This document shows positions 47,541 to 60,669 of a stretch of 64,000 bases of DNA, piece by piece. Numbering within the stretch: the first letter of the stretch is position 1; the number at the start of each line of letters is the position of its first letter. The position numbers were made by a program, and so were the translations under genes. Source of the DNA: Amphiscolops sp. MND2022 (taxonomy: Eukaryota); NCBI GenBank assembly GCA_964187785.1, contig OZ076409.1, forward strand, positions 57,724,001 through 57,788,000, read 5' to 3'. The notes beneath the pieces are model-generated. The model was not told the origin of the DNA. It ran no database searches and worked only from the letters and a program-made list of their open reading frames with translations.

Positions 47541-47803
47541 CTGATATATAATTGGTCCTCCCGACTCTATCTTCCGTAATAAGTTCAGTTAGTTAGGTAA
47601 ACAGAGAAAAACGAAATGAAATGCAGTGAATTCAATCGTTAAAAAGTGACCCGAATGTAACTCTATCAACTTGGAACGCTATTGAAGGAAGATACGTGAC
47701 ATTCAGGGAACTGCCTTCTGCTAAACCAGCCTGCATGGATATCCTACTGGGCAATTGATCAAAAGAGCTTCTTGCAGTAGAAGCTACATGTGATGATTCG
47801 AGT
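47541..47803 (-). CDS. Two candidate host exons (47651-47803 and 47541-47566)
   Basis: LESSHVAS...LNVTYLPS...VTFG (phase 2 to 2) and VGRTNYIS (phase 2 to 1, CAG|GTaatt donor, upstream CTAAC branch point). Confidence 0.4.
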
Positions 47804-48342
47804 CTTCATAAGGAAATAAATGTCATAACAGTGACCTTTAACCGATTTCCGACCCAAGAATTTAAATATTGGCAGGAACTATAGTGTCGGGATATCTATG
47901 AAGCTTTATTTACGTCACTTTATTATGAGTGTTCGTAATGCATTTTTTCAAACTTACTTATTCTAGAGAAAAAGTTTGTGGCGAATTTTCAGAGTGACTC
48001 AAAAACAGTGTTGTATTGATGTGAGAAAAGCTATGAGAAAGGAGACGAAACCAAAAATACTTGGTTGGAAAATGCTCTGCTTTACTTGAATAATCCTAAA
48101 GAGAGAGTTTTGGTATAATTCCAGTCATTGACCAATTATAATTGTGCCATTTTATATGCAAATATGGAAACGTCACCATTGAAAAAATTTTGATGAATTT
48201 CATTGAACTTTCTATTCATGCATCTATGATGCGGAAGTTATTCTGGGGTCGTTGAATTTCACGACGTTAATTTGTTTTGAGAAAAATTGTTGTGACAAGA
48301 TGTTCGAATAATCAAAAAAGTATTTAATTATCTGACTATCCC

Positions 48343-48875
48343 TTTTTTAGTCGGCGCTTTTCGTAGAAAAATGCAGACTATAGTAGTAACTTTTATAAGA
48401 CCAACGAAGTGACAGTCTTTATAAGCTTTATAAGCTGGCTTCCACTAACTGCATAGAGACTACTGGCACTTGGCATAGAGCTTAATTAGGCTTTTTTGAG
48501 GTCTGCCAAGCAGAAGGACGTGGGTTCGAGTCCCGCCCATGACCAAAAACTTTTTTGCAGGTTTTTCGGCATTGTGAGACTTTTTTTAAGGAAATTTTTT
48601 CAATGTCTCCAAAGGGTCCCCCTTCATTTTTTTTCTATTTTGCAAAAAAATGGATGTTCAAAAACTCCCAAAGGCCCCCTTTTTACATTTTTCGGCACTA
48701 TGCGACTTACCGGAGACCAAAAAAATTCGAAACAACAATTCAAAAAAAATTCGGCATTGTTTTTTTTCATTTTTTTCCTCACGCGGGTACTGTAGAAGAG
48801 AACACTTGACATTTTGAAGTCCTTTTGCTATTTTTGAGCCTTAGATATGACTTGGGCCGTTCCCGGCGGCTTGTT
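48343..48875 (+). mobile_element. HINE-like element, copy I, with an internal tRNA-like segment
   Basis: Family termini present (3' subTIR partly deleted); GTGGGTTCGAGTCCCGCCCATGACCA at ~48520-48545. Confidence 0.8.
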
Positions 48876-50827
48876 CATAATTACTAGGAAGCGGAATGAC
48901 AGCGTGAAGCGAAATAAAGAAGGAATGACAGAAGAACGTTGATGAGAAATCAGATACAGCGGAACAGTTTATGCAAATGAGTCACCAAAAACCAAATTTA
49001 GTTTTAAATTCCATCAAACGTGCAAAGTTTCGCAAATTTTTGACCATGAGTTCGCGCTTGAAATGATAACCCGGGTTCGGATTTCTTTCAGAACCTGCTT
49101 GAGTTACGTAAGAGTTCGATAACCGTTATCTGGTTGACGAATTATAAAGTTCTGAAAAATCATTAAAACGAAGTTCTTTCAAATTAATAAGCGACCCAGC
49201 TGACGTGCTAAGTCAGATTGTAATGCTAGAATACAACAACCAGAGCAATACAAAATGCATTTAATTTTATGAGATTTCAATTTTCAAGAGATTGAGTGGA
49301 AAAAAACGGAAAAGGTGCTTCCGAAAATCGCTAAATTTTATGCTTTTATTGCCTCTTTCGGACCATAATTACTCGACAATAAAAGCAAAACGCCGGAATT
49401 GACAACACGCAAATTATTCCAAGAATAATCATCTTCTAGAAAAAGCTTGTTGGAAAGTTAAAAAATGAAAATTTATAGAGGGAATGATTTCCGGTATTAA
49501 GATGATGGAAGGTATGACAGAAAAAATTGTGCTCCATGTGATACTCTTTCAAAAAAAATTATATTGTCGTAAAAAAAATAGTGTATTGAAATGATACAAT
49601 AAATTGAAGGGTAACAAACGGCGCGAAACAAACATTTAAAAAAAGTACGAACCTTGTCATTTTCGAATCGTCTACACTACGCCGCTCAACATGTGACCAT
49701 GATTGATGTGATAAATATTCATACTGTAATTTAAAAACTTAAACAAGGATATTGGTTTAGTTACATTTCATTCATTTCTTTGGAATGCTGTCGAAATTTG
49801 ATTTCGCCTACTGAGTATTGCAATTTTATTTAGAAATCAAGTGAGAAAAGAAACTTGCACAGAGAAGGAATTTCAGTTAGCTCCTTGAATTCAGTGGCTA
49901 AAATTACTGAAATCCATTCGCCTTCTACCGTAAATATGAGTATTTGTATCATAAACGTTCAGTTCAGGAACGCTTCAAAGCCAGGATGTGAGGAATAGGC
50001 AAAAACAATCACTAATCAGAAAGACTCGAACTGGGGATCTTTTGATTGCTAAGAAGCGCGTAATTTCCCAATGAAAAACGCTAATGGAAGAAACTTTGGC
50101 TACCAAAACAATTTTCTACACTATTCATTAAAAAACGAAACAATTACTTACTTCTATCTTTTCCAGGCATTTGTGCAAACAATACGCCAGGACTGACATT
50201 TATGCCAGTTTTTTTTGGAAATAGTTCACATTTTGCTTTAGCTAGTTGATTCTGAGATTTTTATTCTGTCGTAATAGTAAAGTCCTAAAATCTCAACTTT
50301 TTGAGATAATCAAAACCAAGGCGATAGGCATTGCCATTATTATGAATTCATTTTCATTGCTAACTTCTTGATTGCAAACGACAGAACTCCTTGTAAAAGT
50401 GGTTATAGCAATTCCGCATTTTGTGAAGTGATTTTGTGACTTTCAATATAAGTTCTCGTTTTTTTGTTGAAAATAAAAAATTGAAAGAGAAAAAAAATTA
50501 GCACAGAAGTATATACCGAAAAATCGCCAGACAATGGGTTCCAATTAGTTCCAATTTTTTTCAATGCCGATTTTTTTTTTCATTTTTAGTCGGCGTTTTT
50601 GGATAAGTGGCTAGTTTTTTCTCCAGTAGCTCTGTTCCGTCCACTTTTACGGAAAAAAGATGAAGTAATTATTTATTCATAGCATGCTATTTTCGCTGTA
50701 TTCGTTGATTGTTGACTTCGTATCCGAAATAAATTGCGTTTTACTAAGGAGGAAGCGAATGTTCGAAATCATTGCGCTATATCCAAATAAACGTTTTAAA
50801 GGAGGAAGCGAGGAAATTTTACTACTA

Positions 50828-51480
50828 CACGGGTTGACCCTCTTACTAGCATCTTGGCTGTCTTGGCTGTTTAAGACTGAGAAATGCAAATGTACCAAAT
50901 GAAAGGTCATTTCAAGGCCTTTCCAAAACTTGTAATTTATCACTCCTGTCGATTCCAGAGACGGAGAAATATGCTCTCAAATGTCTAGACCCACTATCGG
51001 AAAGTTACAAAGGAAACACCTTAAAATCCGGAAATTTTTGTGAAATCATATTTCCAGCTTTCTTTGAGCCTGTTTCAGCAGCCTTATTACTGCTAGAAAC
51101 GGCGGTCATAGCACTAATTTGGGTAATGATTCAGCTCGAGGCTTTTCTGACACCATTGTTGAGGACAGTTTTGCAATTGAAAGAACAATTTAACCAGCAC
51201 ACTTCCTAAATAAATATATCTTCAATCAAATTTTATACATTGCTAACAGAAGATTTAATGTCTAACAATATAAATGTGCAGAAATGTTGATTTTTGTTGA
51301 CTTCCTTTCAGATTTTTTCTTTCCAAATAGGATTTTAAAATCTTGGGAACATGACTCTCTTGATAAGATCCTACCATGACATCTTGCAATTCTTGCCAAT
51401 ATCGTGGCAAGATCTCAGCTAAAATTTTTCCAAGATCTTGCCAAGATCTTACTAAGATATCCATGGAGGGTCGACCCGGG
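50828..51480. mobile_element. CMC/EnSpm-like non-autonomous element, copy 2
   Basis: CACGGGTTGACCCTC...GAGGGTCGACCCGGG; 2-bp TSD TA; homologous to 15915-17070. Confidence 0.8.
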
Positions 51481-52348
51481 TAAGGAGTATCGAAATTTTT
51501 GCCCTGTATCCTAATTTTGACCTTTGCCTTTTTAAAAAATAATTTTCGTTTAAAAAATCATGTGACCGTTTGGCCTAGTGGTTAATGGATATTTTAATAG
51601 TTGTGTTGGTCTGAGTGGTGAGATAAGGTCTTAGAATTTTTCAGCACTATACTTGTCAAAAACTTTCTCAAATTCAGAATTCATGAAAAAATTATTGATT
51701 GTGAAACACAATTTTTCACGTTTTTTTGTTCAAGAAAACAGTTTCTTAAGGCTTAAGGGTAATACTTTTGATTATTTCGAAGTCCTGTGTGACTGATAAA
51801 ATGTTCCTCAAAACATGCGGAAAAAACCTACGGGTTTTTTGCCACTATGCGCCTTTTTTCACAAAAAAATTTCATTTGGTCAAATGATACACCTTCACTC
51901 TTTAAAGGTTTTCCAGAAGAAGCGCTTTAAGAAACTATAGGGTCTCCCTTCAGGTTTTTTGGAGTTAGGTGTGACTTTTCTGGAAAAAATCAGTTTGTCA
52001 AAGATCAACCCTTTCAGTTTCATAAACGTTTTTGGCCTAAAAAGTTTTTTCTTCGGCACTATTAGACACTTCCCGAGGAGAAACATTTTTGAAAAAAAAT
52101 AAATTTCGGAAAAAAACATTTTGATGTTTCCAGTTGAAGAAAAGCTAATTTTGAGTCTTATGGGTATCACTTATGGATATGTTTTGGCATTCTAAATTCG
52201 ATAAAATATTCACAAAACGGTGCCGCAAATCAAAACATTCAAAACGCCTCGCTTATTTTGAAACTTGATGCCAGCTTTCGCTGTTCCAAGCTTGTTACAT
52301 ACTTGACTCTCAAAAGGTGAAAATTACGTCACACCTCATGTAAAACGG

Positions 52349-52936
52349 AACAAGATGGGAACGTTCAAAGTCGACGGTATATCTAAGGTTCCAAAAGCGC
52401 AAAGTTTTAAAAATTGTAAAAGGGGGACCCTATTGGCTTCTTGGAAAACCAGATTCTTGCAAAATATCAAAAAAGTGAAGGGGACCTTTTGCAGACAATT
52501 TAAGAAATCGAAAATTTTTTTTTAAAAATGAAAAAACAAAAAATGAGAATTTTGAAAGTCTCATAGTGCCGAAAAACTTGAAAGAGGAGACCCTTTGTGC
52601 TTTTTAGGACTTCAGTTTGCTGCAAAATATCAAAAAAAACTTGAAGGGGAACCATTTAGCGACAAAAAACTTCGAATAAAAGTTGCACAGTGCCGAGAAA
52701 AAGATCAAAGGTCCCTAGAGTCTTGTCCGGTTTTGTATCTTACGGTAAAAACGAAGTAAATGAAAGGGTGACCCTTTGTATTAACTTGAATGCGTTTTCG
52801 TTGTTTGCCGGTCCAGTAATTTAGTAGTCCTGTAAAAAGTGTCTACTAGGCTTACATTCTGTTATCTGACGAAAAAAAAAGAAAAAAACCTTCCACTGTA
52901 AAAGTCGGACTCACTTTGTTAAAATGCTCCAACTAA
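52349..52936 (-). mobile_element. HINE-like element, diverged copy L
   Basis: Both termini recognisable though degenerate. Further degraded copies or fragments near 24330-24670, 29180-29225, 38741-38845, 50583-50650, 51825-52297 and 53250-53875. Confidence 0.7.
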
Positions 52937-55089
52937 GAAAGTAATGGACTAAAACGCATTTGGTGTTTCGGGCATAAAAATCACTTTCTACAAACAAGAC
53001 GCCTGCTAACAAGCGAGATATTTTCCGTTTCAAACTGTTCTACAACGACATAAACTTGAGGCTCAAGAGTAGCCAATGCATATATCGTCATTTTCTTTCG
53101 TTACACTTGATCCCTGCAAAATAGTTCTACCAAAAGTTCTTCAACATTTTAAGTAGCTCCTCACTACCCTTGGCCTACTGTTTAACGCGAATTTCCCGAG
53201 GTGTAAGAAGCAGCGGTACGTTGGTCTCGCACAGAAGCAAACAAAATTTTTGTTTTCAAAAGTGAGACCTTTTAGCATCTTTGGCACTATGCAACATTTC
53301 ATATTTTTGTCCAAACCGAAACTCGCTGTATCGACTTTCACCAAAAACAACAGCATTTTGTAAGCATAGTTGGTCTTTTTAAGTTTTTTTTTCGGCACTA
53401 TAAGTCGAGTTGAAAAGTTTTACTTTGCTGATTTTTAAGGATTTCTGTTAAGGAAAAATGTTTCGCGTGGTTTGTTTTGAGGATGACCTTTTTGTTACTG
53501 TTTGATCCTGTGGAACTAATGAGTTTGCTTAAAGATTTTAAAAACACATTTTTCAGCATTTTTGCGGTTCCGAGCGTCTTTCCGAAAATTTCATTTTGTT
53601 GAAGGGTAGCCCCTCACTTTCATAACTGATTTCGGCTTCGAAAAAGAGTTTTGCGAACTGAAGCTTTTTTTGTCATTATGAGACTTCACAGAAAAATATC
53701 AATTTCAAATTATGGGTTTTTTGTTTCCAGTGTGGAAGAGGCTGTTTCAGAGTCTCAGGCGTGCTTTTTGGGATGATGTTTGGCACTGAGAAATTGGTAA
53801 ACGTTGAAAATAGTGTCTTTTGGATATGTAAAAAACATGAATGGGGCGCCAACTTGGGCCGGTCCCGGCTTGTTATAACTTTGCATAAAAGCATAAAAGT
53901 CAAAAATTATGAAAGAGATTATGAAGTTCGAGAAATTTGGGGTCAATTTGAGGAACATTTCTAAGAATGAACATCAGATGTCTTTTGAAAATACCCTTCG
54001 GGATATCAAGTTTGGACATTGTTGAATGTTCAGTCATTGTTGGACGCAAGAAAAGGTCGAAATTGGTTACGAGTTTTGTCATTTCTGATGTTTTTTGGCT
54101 ATGTAGGGAACTGCAAAAACATTTTCATTTGAAAGGCGTACTGCATAGCTATGGAATTTGTTTGGATCTCTTTGAATAATCGATACTTTTGAAATACTAC
54201 CGATAGCTACACGTCTCTCAATCTTGTGCTTATGAATCTTTTCAATAAGCTTACAAAGTGCTCGAAAATTGAGAAAACTCGGAAGTTTTAACATTTTGTC
54301 AAGCTTGAGAAATTTTATTCCACTTTCGTTTCCTCCTAAAATGCGTTGTGAATACCTCGTTGTTTCGACTTTCGGGTCAATCGATGTTCTGTTCTACATA
54401 TTGTTTCGTAGATTCGACAAAATTTGGAATAAATGTCAAAAACGTGCTTATTGCCATTTTTGGTTTCTGAGGCCAAATCCAACATGAAAATGTTGTTTTA
54501 TTTCCAATAACGCCTACTGCGTACCGGGACTAGTCGTTGCTAAGTATTTTACACCATAGAATGAGAGGGAAGTGCTCTAATGAACAAAAACAGCAAAAAT
54601 TTGTCAAAAACTTGAAACTTGAGTTTTTCGCCGGTTTTGAGTAATTGTGAGATAACGTTCAACGAAAAACGGTAAACTCCTTATGCCGTGCTGCGAATCA
54701 AGACATTTCATTTGGAGTTTCGGAGTATTTCATCTAATCAAAATTTTCTAATCTTGATTAAAAATCACTGAAAATGTCAACAATTGAGAAAAGTTTTACA
54801 ATTTCAATTGTCGCAGTCAATTTTAAGGCATTTTGCAACAAAAGTCCGCAAATTCGTCTACGAAAAAGTCAACAGGATAACGATTTCAGTTGTTGTTGAA
54901 CGTTTCTAAGATCACGTTTCTAAGAGTTTGATTCCGAAACATTTCAAAAACAACACAAACGTTTCATGAAAACGTGTAGATGATGCAAATTTTTGACTTT
55001 TTGACCCATTTGGAGTAATTCTGAAGTCGTTTTGAAGCAAATCGCTGCTAAATTCTCTACAGAAAAGCAAACTGCATAGCTAGTCTTTC

Positions 55090-55680
55090 ATTTCTGAGCA
55101 TTTTGAACATTGAACCCATGAAATCTCTCAGAAATTGTACAGAAATTGCATGAAAAACCGCAAACCTTGAACATTTTGGATTTTTTGACGTTTCGTGAGT
55201 CAATTTGGAAAAGTCTCCTGGACAACTAGTTCTTCCCTGGTTTAACAGTTTCAACATTTTAATCCACGAACTCTTTCAAAAATTCGACAAAAATTGCAAA
55301 AAGTCCTCAAAAACAACAAGATTTTGGATTTTTCGTCATTTCCGGTGTCAATTTGACATCTTTTTCAACTAGGAAACTGCAATCATTTTTTCAGAAATGC
55401 CTTCTGGACAAAATTTGTTTTCCTTGTTGGACGTTTTCAACATTTAAATCCAAAAAACCTATCAGAAATTGGAATAGAATTGCATAAAAACGTTGAAAAT
55501 TAGGGAAAGTTTGGACTTTTTGTCATTTTTGGGGTCATTGGCAGTCATTTTTCTGCTAAACACTGCCTTTATCGTTTCAAAGAAGACTACTGGACTACGA
55601 ATTCTTGCCTTGCTGAAAAGTTGCAACATTCTAATCCACAAAGTTTATCGAAAATTTCACAAAACTTGCATGAAAACTTT
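55090..55680 (+). repeat. Degenerate ~150-185-bp tandem repeat
   Basis: CAACATTTTAATCCAC/AA...AAATT...TGCA blocks recur near 55100, 55252, 55437 and 55624. Confidence 0.6.
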
Positions 55681-58600
55681 AAAATTGTTATTTAAGGGAT
55701 CATTTTGGTTCACTCTGTGTTCATTTTGTACCCAAAACCGTACAAAAATCTCTGTAAATACATATCGCACTAAGCTAACTTTATGTGTTGCGAATTTTAT
55801 GGGTAAGTCCGTTCAATTTAAATATAAAATTGGAAAATTGCATTATTTGTAAAAAAAAACGCGGCTGATTTAAATATTTTTCTTTCCCTTATGGAATATG
55901 GGCGGATAATTACGATGGGCATGAGGCATACGTCATGTATCGTGATCGAATATGCTGTTGTTTGTTTTGAAATTTGTCCATTGGAAGGAATTCGAACATT
56001 CCAGTTTTTCATTTCGGATAAAACGTTTCGAATAAACAGTGTTGGGGTTGTTTGCGGAGATCTCTCTGTTTGGACGAATGTTGGCCAATAAAATAACAGC
56101 TGTATCATGGTCTGGTGTACCGACATTGATATATCCAGTACGAACATAACGCGTTAGGTTTTGGGGTTGTTTGACAACCCTTGTTTCTTTTCTTCCTTTA
56201 TTATGGTGTAAGACCAGAGCGATGTGCGATTTTTAGTCTACGCAGACTTATGACACCTAGAAAACACGTTCTAAATCTTTGACGTTTTCTGACGATTCTA
56301 AATAAATATAGTTCACTAGGAGATAACATGCTGAGCATGACTCAAAGTCGCGTTGCCCAAGACTGTCTAGACTTTCGTGGACCTGAGTTACGTCCTCAAA
56401 GGAATAGCGCAAATAAAGTAAATCTTAGTTGCAGAAATTAAGAGCAGAAATTTTTGTTGAGTAATTAATTCAGACAAACGTTATTAAGATCCTGGATAAT
56501 TTTGATGCTGTCACCAAAAATTTAATTCGAGAATAAATAGTTTGGCTCAATCATTCATGATCATTACGCCAAAATCTTGCTGGGGTAGCTAGTGGTTTGC
56601 TATAGATCTTTGAGACCCGACTATGTCTTCGAAAGAGAGAGGATTCCAGCTGAAATTGAAGCCTTTCAATCACGGTAGTTGTGATGTCATCTGATTGCTT
56701 GAAAACGACTATTTTTAGCAACTAAAGCAAAAAAATCAGAAGGAAGATTGAATAATCTGATAGAAGAGCAGTGAAAGGTTCAAAATTGAAGGTTTTAAAA
56801 TTTCCATTTTGGAAACAGAACTTTTTTTAAAAAAAATTGCAATTTGATGCTGAATCAAAAGTGGGAATATGGTAACTCACTCTGCTACTGCATATCAATA
56901 TTGATGGAACCACCTAAAGTTGAGAGAAGATTGTTCACCAGTGAAATAACTGATTTCTTTTTCGTCGACTTGAAAACACGAACATCCTTTTTAAAATTTG
57001 AACTCAAGATAATCAAACTGAATGAACTTTTGATTGATTTGTTGTCCTGAAAAAATGCACTCATGCATGAAATTCATCCAGTCCTAACCTAAAGGTCAAG
57101 ATGACAAGCCAAACTGTCAAACAAAACCGAATGCGTAGTTCTAGACCTTATAATATTTCCATCCTCTGAAAATTTGGAATTTGCGATTATCCAACACATA
57201 AACGCACTTAACTGAAGCGATCTGACTTCTAGGTTGCATCTAGTTCAACACATCAAAAGAGCCACCAAATAATGATGTGTTATCAAACTGTCAAAAATAT
57301 GATGTAATTTTCCATATCACTGACTTTTGTATTTGTCTGAAGAAGTGTACGCAGTCCACGAAAAAATCCTTGTCCGAAAACTTTGTCAAAAAAACTGAAA
57401 TCAGAGGACATGTCATGATGGGCCATTTTGAAATCCGAGTTTGCCCAATCAAGAAAAACTGACAGTCAATCAGTTTTTTTTCGTTGGGAAAAACCACCTA
57501 AATGTGCGAGTTTGACTAACATTGCAGTCTTTGAAACCATGTATTTCAAATTTGCGACAAATTTACTTGATTTTTAGAAAGTTTATAAATTCTACTTCAC
57601 ATGCCAAAATTAGCGGTTTGGTTGATTTTTCAGCGCAAATTAAGTGTGAGATTGTCACATTTGGAATTACCACTGACGGTTTTTGTTATTCGAACATCTT
57701 ATTCAAAGTGTATTGACCGCTTCAAGCTAGACCAATCTTACTCAACATGGACAGTTCACAATATTGACTTACCATGTTTTTTAAATAAGCGCATACGCGA
57801 AAAATGAACGGAACCCTAATAAGCTGCCTAAGCGACAAGTGCCGGAGAAATAAGCGCAAGTACTCATATGCGCGAATTTCGTAAGCGATCTATACACTGT
57901 CTTCAATGATAATTACTTTCAGAAGAAAAAAAAACAAATAATTCATTTTCTTTTTTATTTGGGTTCTTTTGACTGTACACGATAGTCAAACCCCGATCGT
58001 GTTGGGGTCACGGTAAAATGTAGCCGTGATTGTGCGGTCGCACAGTTGCCGTCGCAAGGAGGCCGTGTTTTCAGGTTTGATATTTTGACGAGAAAAACTA
58101 TGATAGATCCTTAGTGTTTGTATTCTTGTTCGTCAGCCACACTCAATTTGAAGATGATCGCAAATCCAAGTTTATCAATACTACATTATCATTACCAGAT
58201 TGCGAAAACAATTCAAAATGGAAAAACAACCGAATTCGAAAACAACCCACAAGTCGGAACAATTGCAGAGCTTGTTTCGTAACAGGAAACTATGAAACTG
58301 ACATTGCCAAGTAGTAAAACTGAACGTAGCATTTAGTTATTCAGCATTGGTTAACCATTTACGCAAAAACAACGCAAAACATCAATCTTGACCGATATGG
58401 AAACTGGTTTCGCTCTCCATCAACATTTTTTCTTCTCTAGAGTGAGCTCAAAATGACTGCATCTTCCGTTTAAGCAATAAATCTTGTCGCGCTCCAAATT
58501 TAAAACCCCAATTGCCGTCGCCCACAACGAACATTTCTGGAATTATGTTGTAATCTTTTGATACCCATTTGATAAAAATGTTCTAGTACCTATGACTATA

Positions 58601-59668
58601 GTCTATTCTTCTTAGTGAGTTTCAGGTTTAATGTGCGTGAAAACATTAGAAGGTACTGAACTGTCGTTATTGACTTCATTCATCATTGGCAACAAAAACT
58701 GTGCATGAAGCTCGTATTGTAAGGCGAGTGGTAACGATAATGATGTTTTCTCATCTTTATGCTCTGTGTAATTGTTCGAAAACAATCTTTTCCAATAAAG
58801 TTCTGATATCCAATTTTTAATTTCAAAAATGTGAAAAAATACTCACTTTCTGAAATTTTTCCGAGAAAAAATACAGTCATTTCCTTCACATATCTCGTCT
58901 CCAAGAGCAATTAAACTTGGATTTTTTTATATCGGCACGCTCTGTAATTCTAATTAGAGCAGATTTTTGCTGACAGTTTTTAATTTCCGGGGTGTACAAT
59001 TGTCAGTGAAGCACTTTGAAAATGAAAAGATTGTTACAAGACCACAAACTGTCTTACAAAATTTGTTTTTTCGTGAAACTTTTCAGCATTGGTTCGCGCA
59101 CGATCCGCGAACTACAAGCCAATGTTTACATAAAAGCCGTCATATGAAAAGTTTTTGATGATCCTCAAAGACGTATTTGCTGTTGTTGCGTACTGGTTTT
59201 ATAATCCGAATTAAGCAGGCCTGTTTCTCGTCAATGATCCAAAATTAGAACAGGGTCAGCAACATTTTTGTCTGCCAATAATGATTCTGTTGCAAAATTT
59301 AAGTTACAGGGAAAGTAAGATCACTCTTTAACCTGCCATGAACTCACAAAAGAAATTGAAAAATTCGATGAAGCAAAAGTGACGACAGAATGAAGCATGA
59401 CTTGCAGAACTGCCTGCACAAAAAGAAGCAGAACAAAGAGAGAACGGTCAAACCGGAGAGAAAATGTATGAACACATAGTAGGAACTATACAGTTGCCCT
59501 AACTCTCTTTTACGTAATTTTTCATTATCGGTGCTTATAGTCAATCTTATTAGTCGTCTGAATTGCCATTTCAATGTTTTACATTGTTTTGTGCTTCTAC
59601 ATTTGTTTGAACTGGTGAGTTGAAATTGGAAGTTGAACTTATTTCTCACTGGGCATTGTTATTAAGTG

Positions 59669-59868
59669 NNNNNNNNNNNNNNNNNNNNNNNNNNNNNNNN
59701 NNNNNNNNNNNNNNNNNNNNNNNNNNNNNNNNNNNNNNNNNNNNNNNNNNNNNNNNNNNNNNNNNNNNNNNNNNNNNNNNNNNNNNNNNNNNNNNNNNNN
59801 NNNNNNNNNNNNNNNNNNNNNNNNNNNNNNNNNNNNNNNNNNNNNNNNNNNNNNNNNNNNNNNNNNNN
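59669..59868. other. Assembly gap (200 N)
   Basis: Run of N; true length unknown. Confidence 1.
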
Positions 59869-60669
59869 CTTGTTTCATTTTCTAGTTCTTCTGATACATG
59901 ATCTCTTATGGTTTCTCTCGTTTCAGGTCTCAAGAGTTTCAACATTTCCTTTTGAGACTCGAGCAAAAGAGTCTTAATCTCGGACGTTATTTCTTCCTTC
60001 AGAGAGGACCTTATGCTTTCCAAGAAACTATTTTCTACTCTGGGGGACTTGGGTCTCGAAGGACCTGCTAATTCTACGTTTTGATCTAAAGGATGAGAGT
60101 TTTCCGTTTTTATTGGCGAAACAAAGCCTTCACTTACATTATCATCAGCTTCTCGCTGGGTATTCTTTCTCTTCTGGCTTCGTGTTGTAGACATGTTGTA
60201 GTAGAAAGATATATTCTTGAAGAATTCAATTTTCACTTTCTGATTTTCAACAGGGTTAGAAGAATGAGAATAGTTTGAGAACAGCAAGATTGGAACAACT
60301 GAGTTGTAGCACTGGCAAAAGACTGAGTCCCTTAGAAAAATTTGCACTTCCTATATACACCCTCCTAGCATCATTTGATCACGTACATATTCCCAAATTC
60401 TTTAAAATGATTAGTCATTTCCTGTTTTTTTCGGTGAAAAAATCATCGAAATCCCAAATGTGCGTCAACAATTCGACAAAATTTGAGACACGATGTCCTA
60501 CATTTAGTATTAGTCATCACACATATTCATATCATTTCATTCCGGCGTCCTTTTGCTTCCTCCCGAGCAGAAAGTAGATATTACTTCAGTCTATCAAACC
60601 GGAAATAATTACCTGTTTTGCTGCTTCGGTTCGCGGGAAATTGACGCTGAGATGACGCTGACGTGAACA
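59869..60669 (-). mobile_element. Probable 5' end of an LTR (Gypsy-like) retrotransposon: LTR-like segment plus gag N-terminus
   Basis: Starts TGTTCACG; TATATA box near 60352; ORF MSTTRSQKRK...coiled-coil SLKEEITSEIKTLLLESQKEMLKLL runs from 60194 into the gap. No second LTR or pol domain is visible. Confidence 0.55.

Noticed and set aside
48465..48545. Functional tRNA gene
   Set aside because: The D and anticodon arms are malformed, there is an internal T6 terminator, and it lies within a repeat.
59620..59977. ORFs spanning the N run
   Set aside because: Artefacts of translating through the assembly gap.
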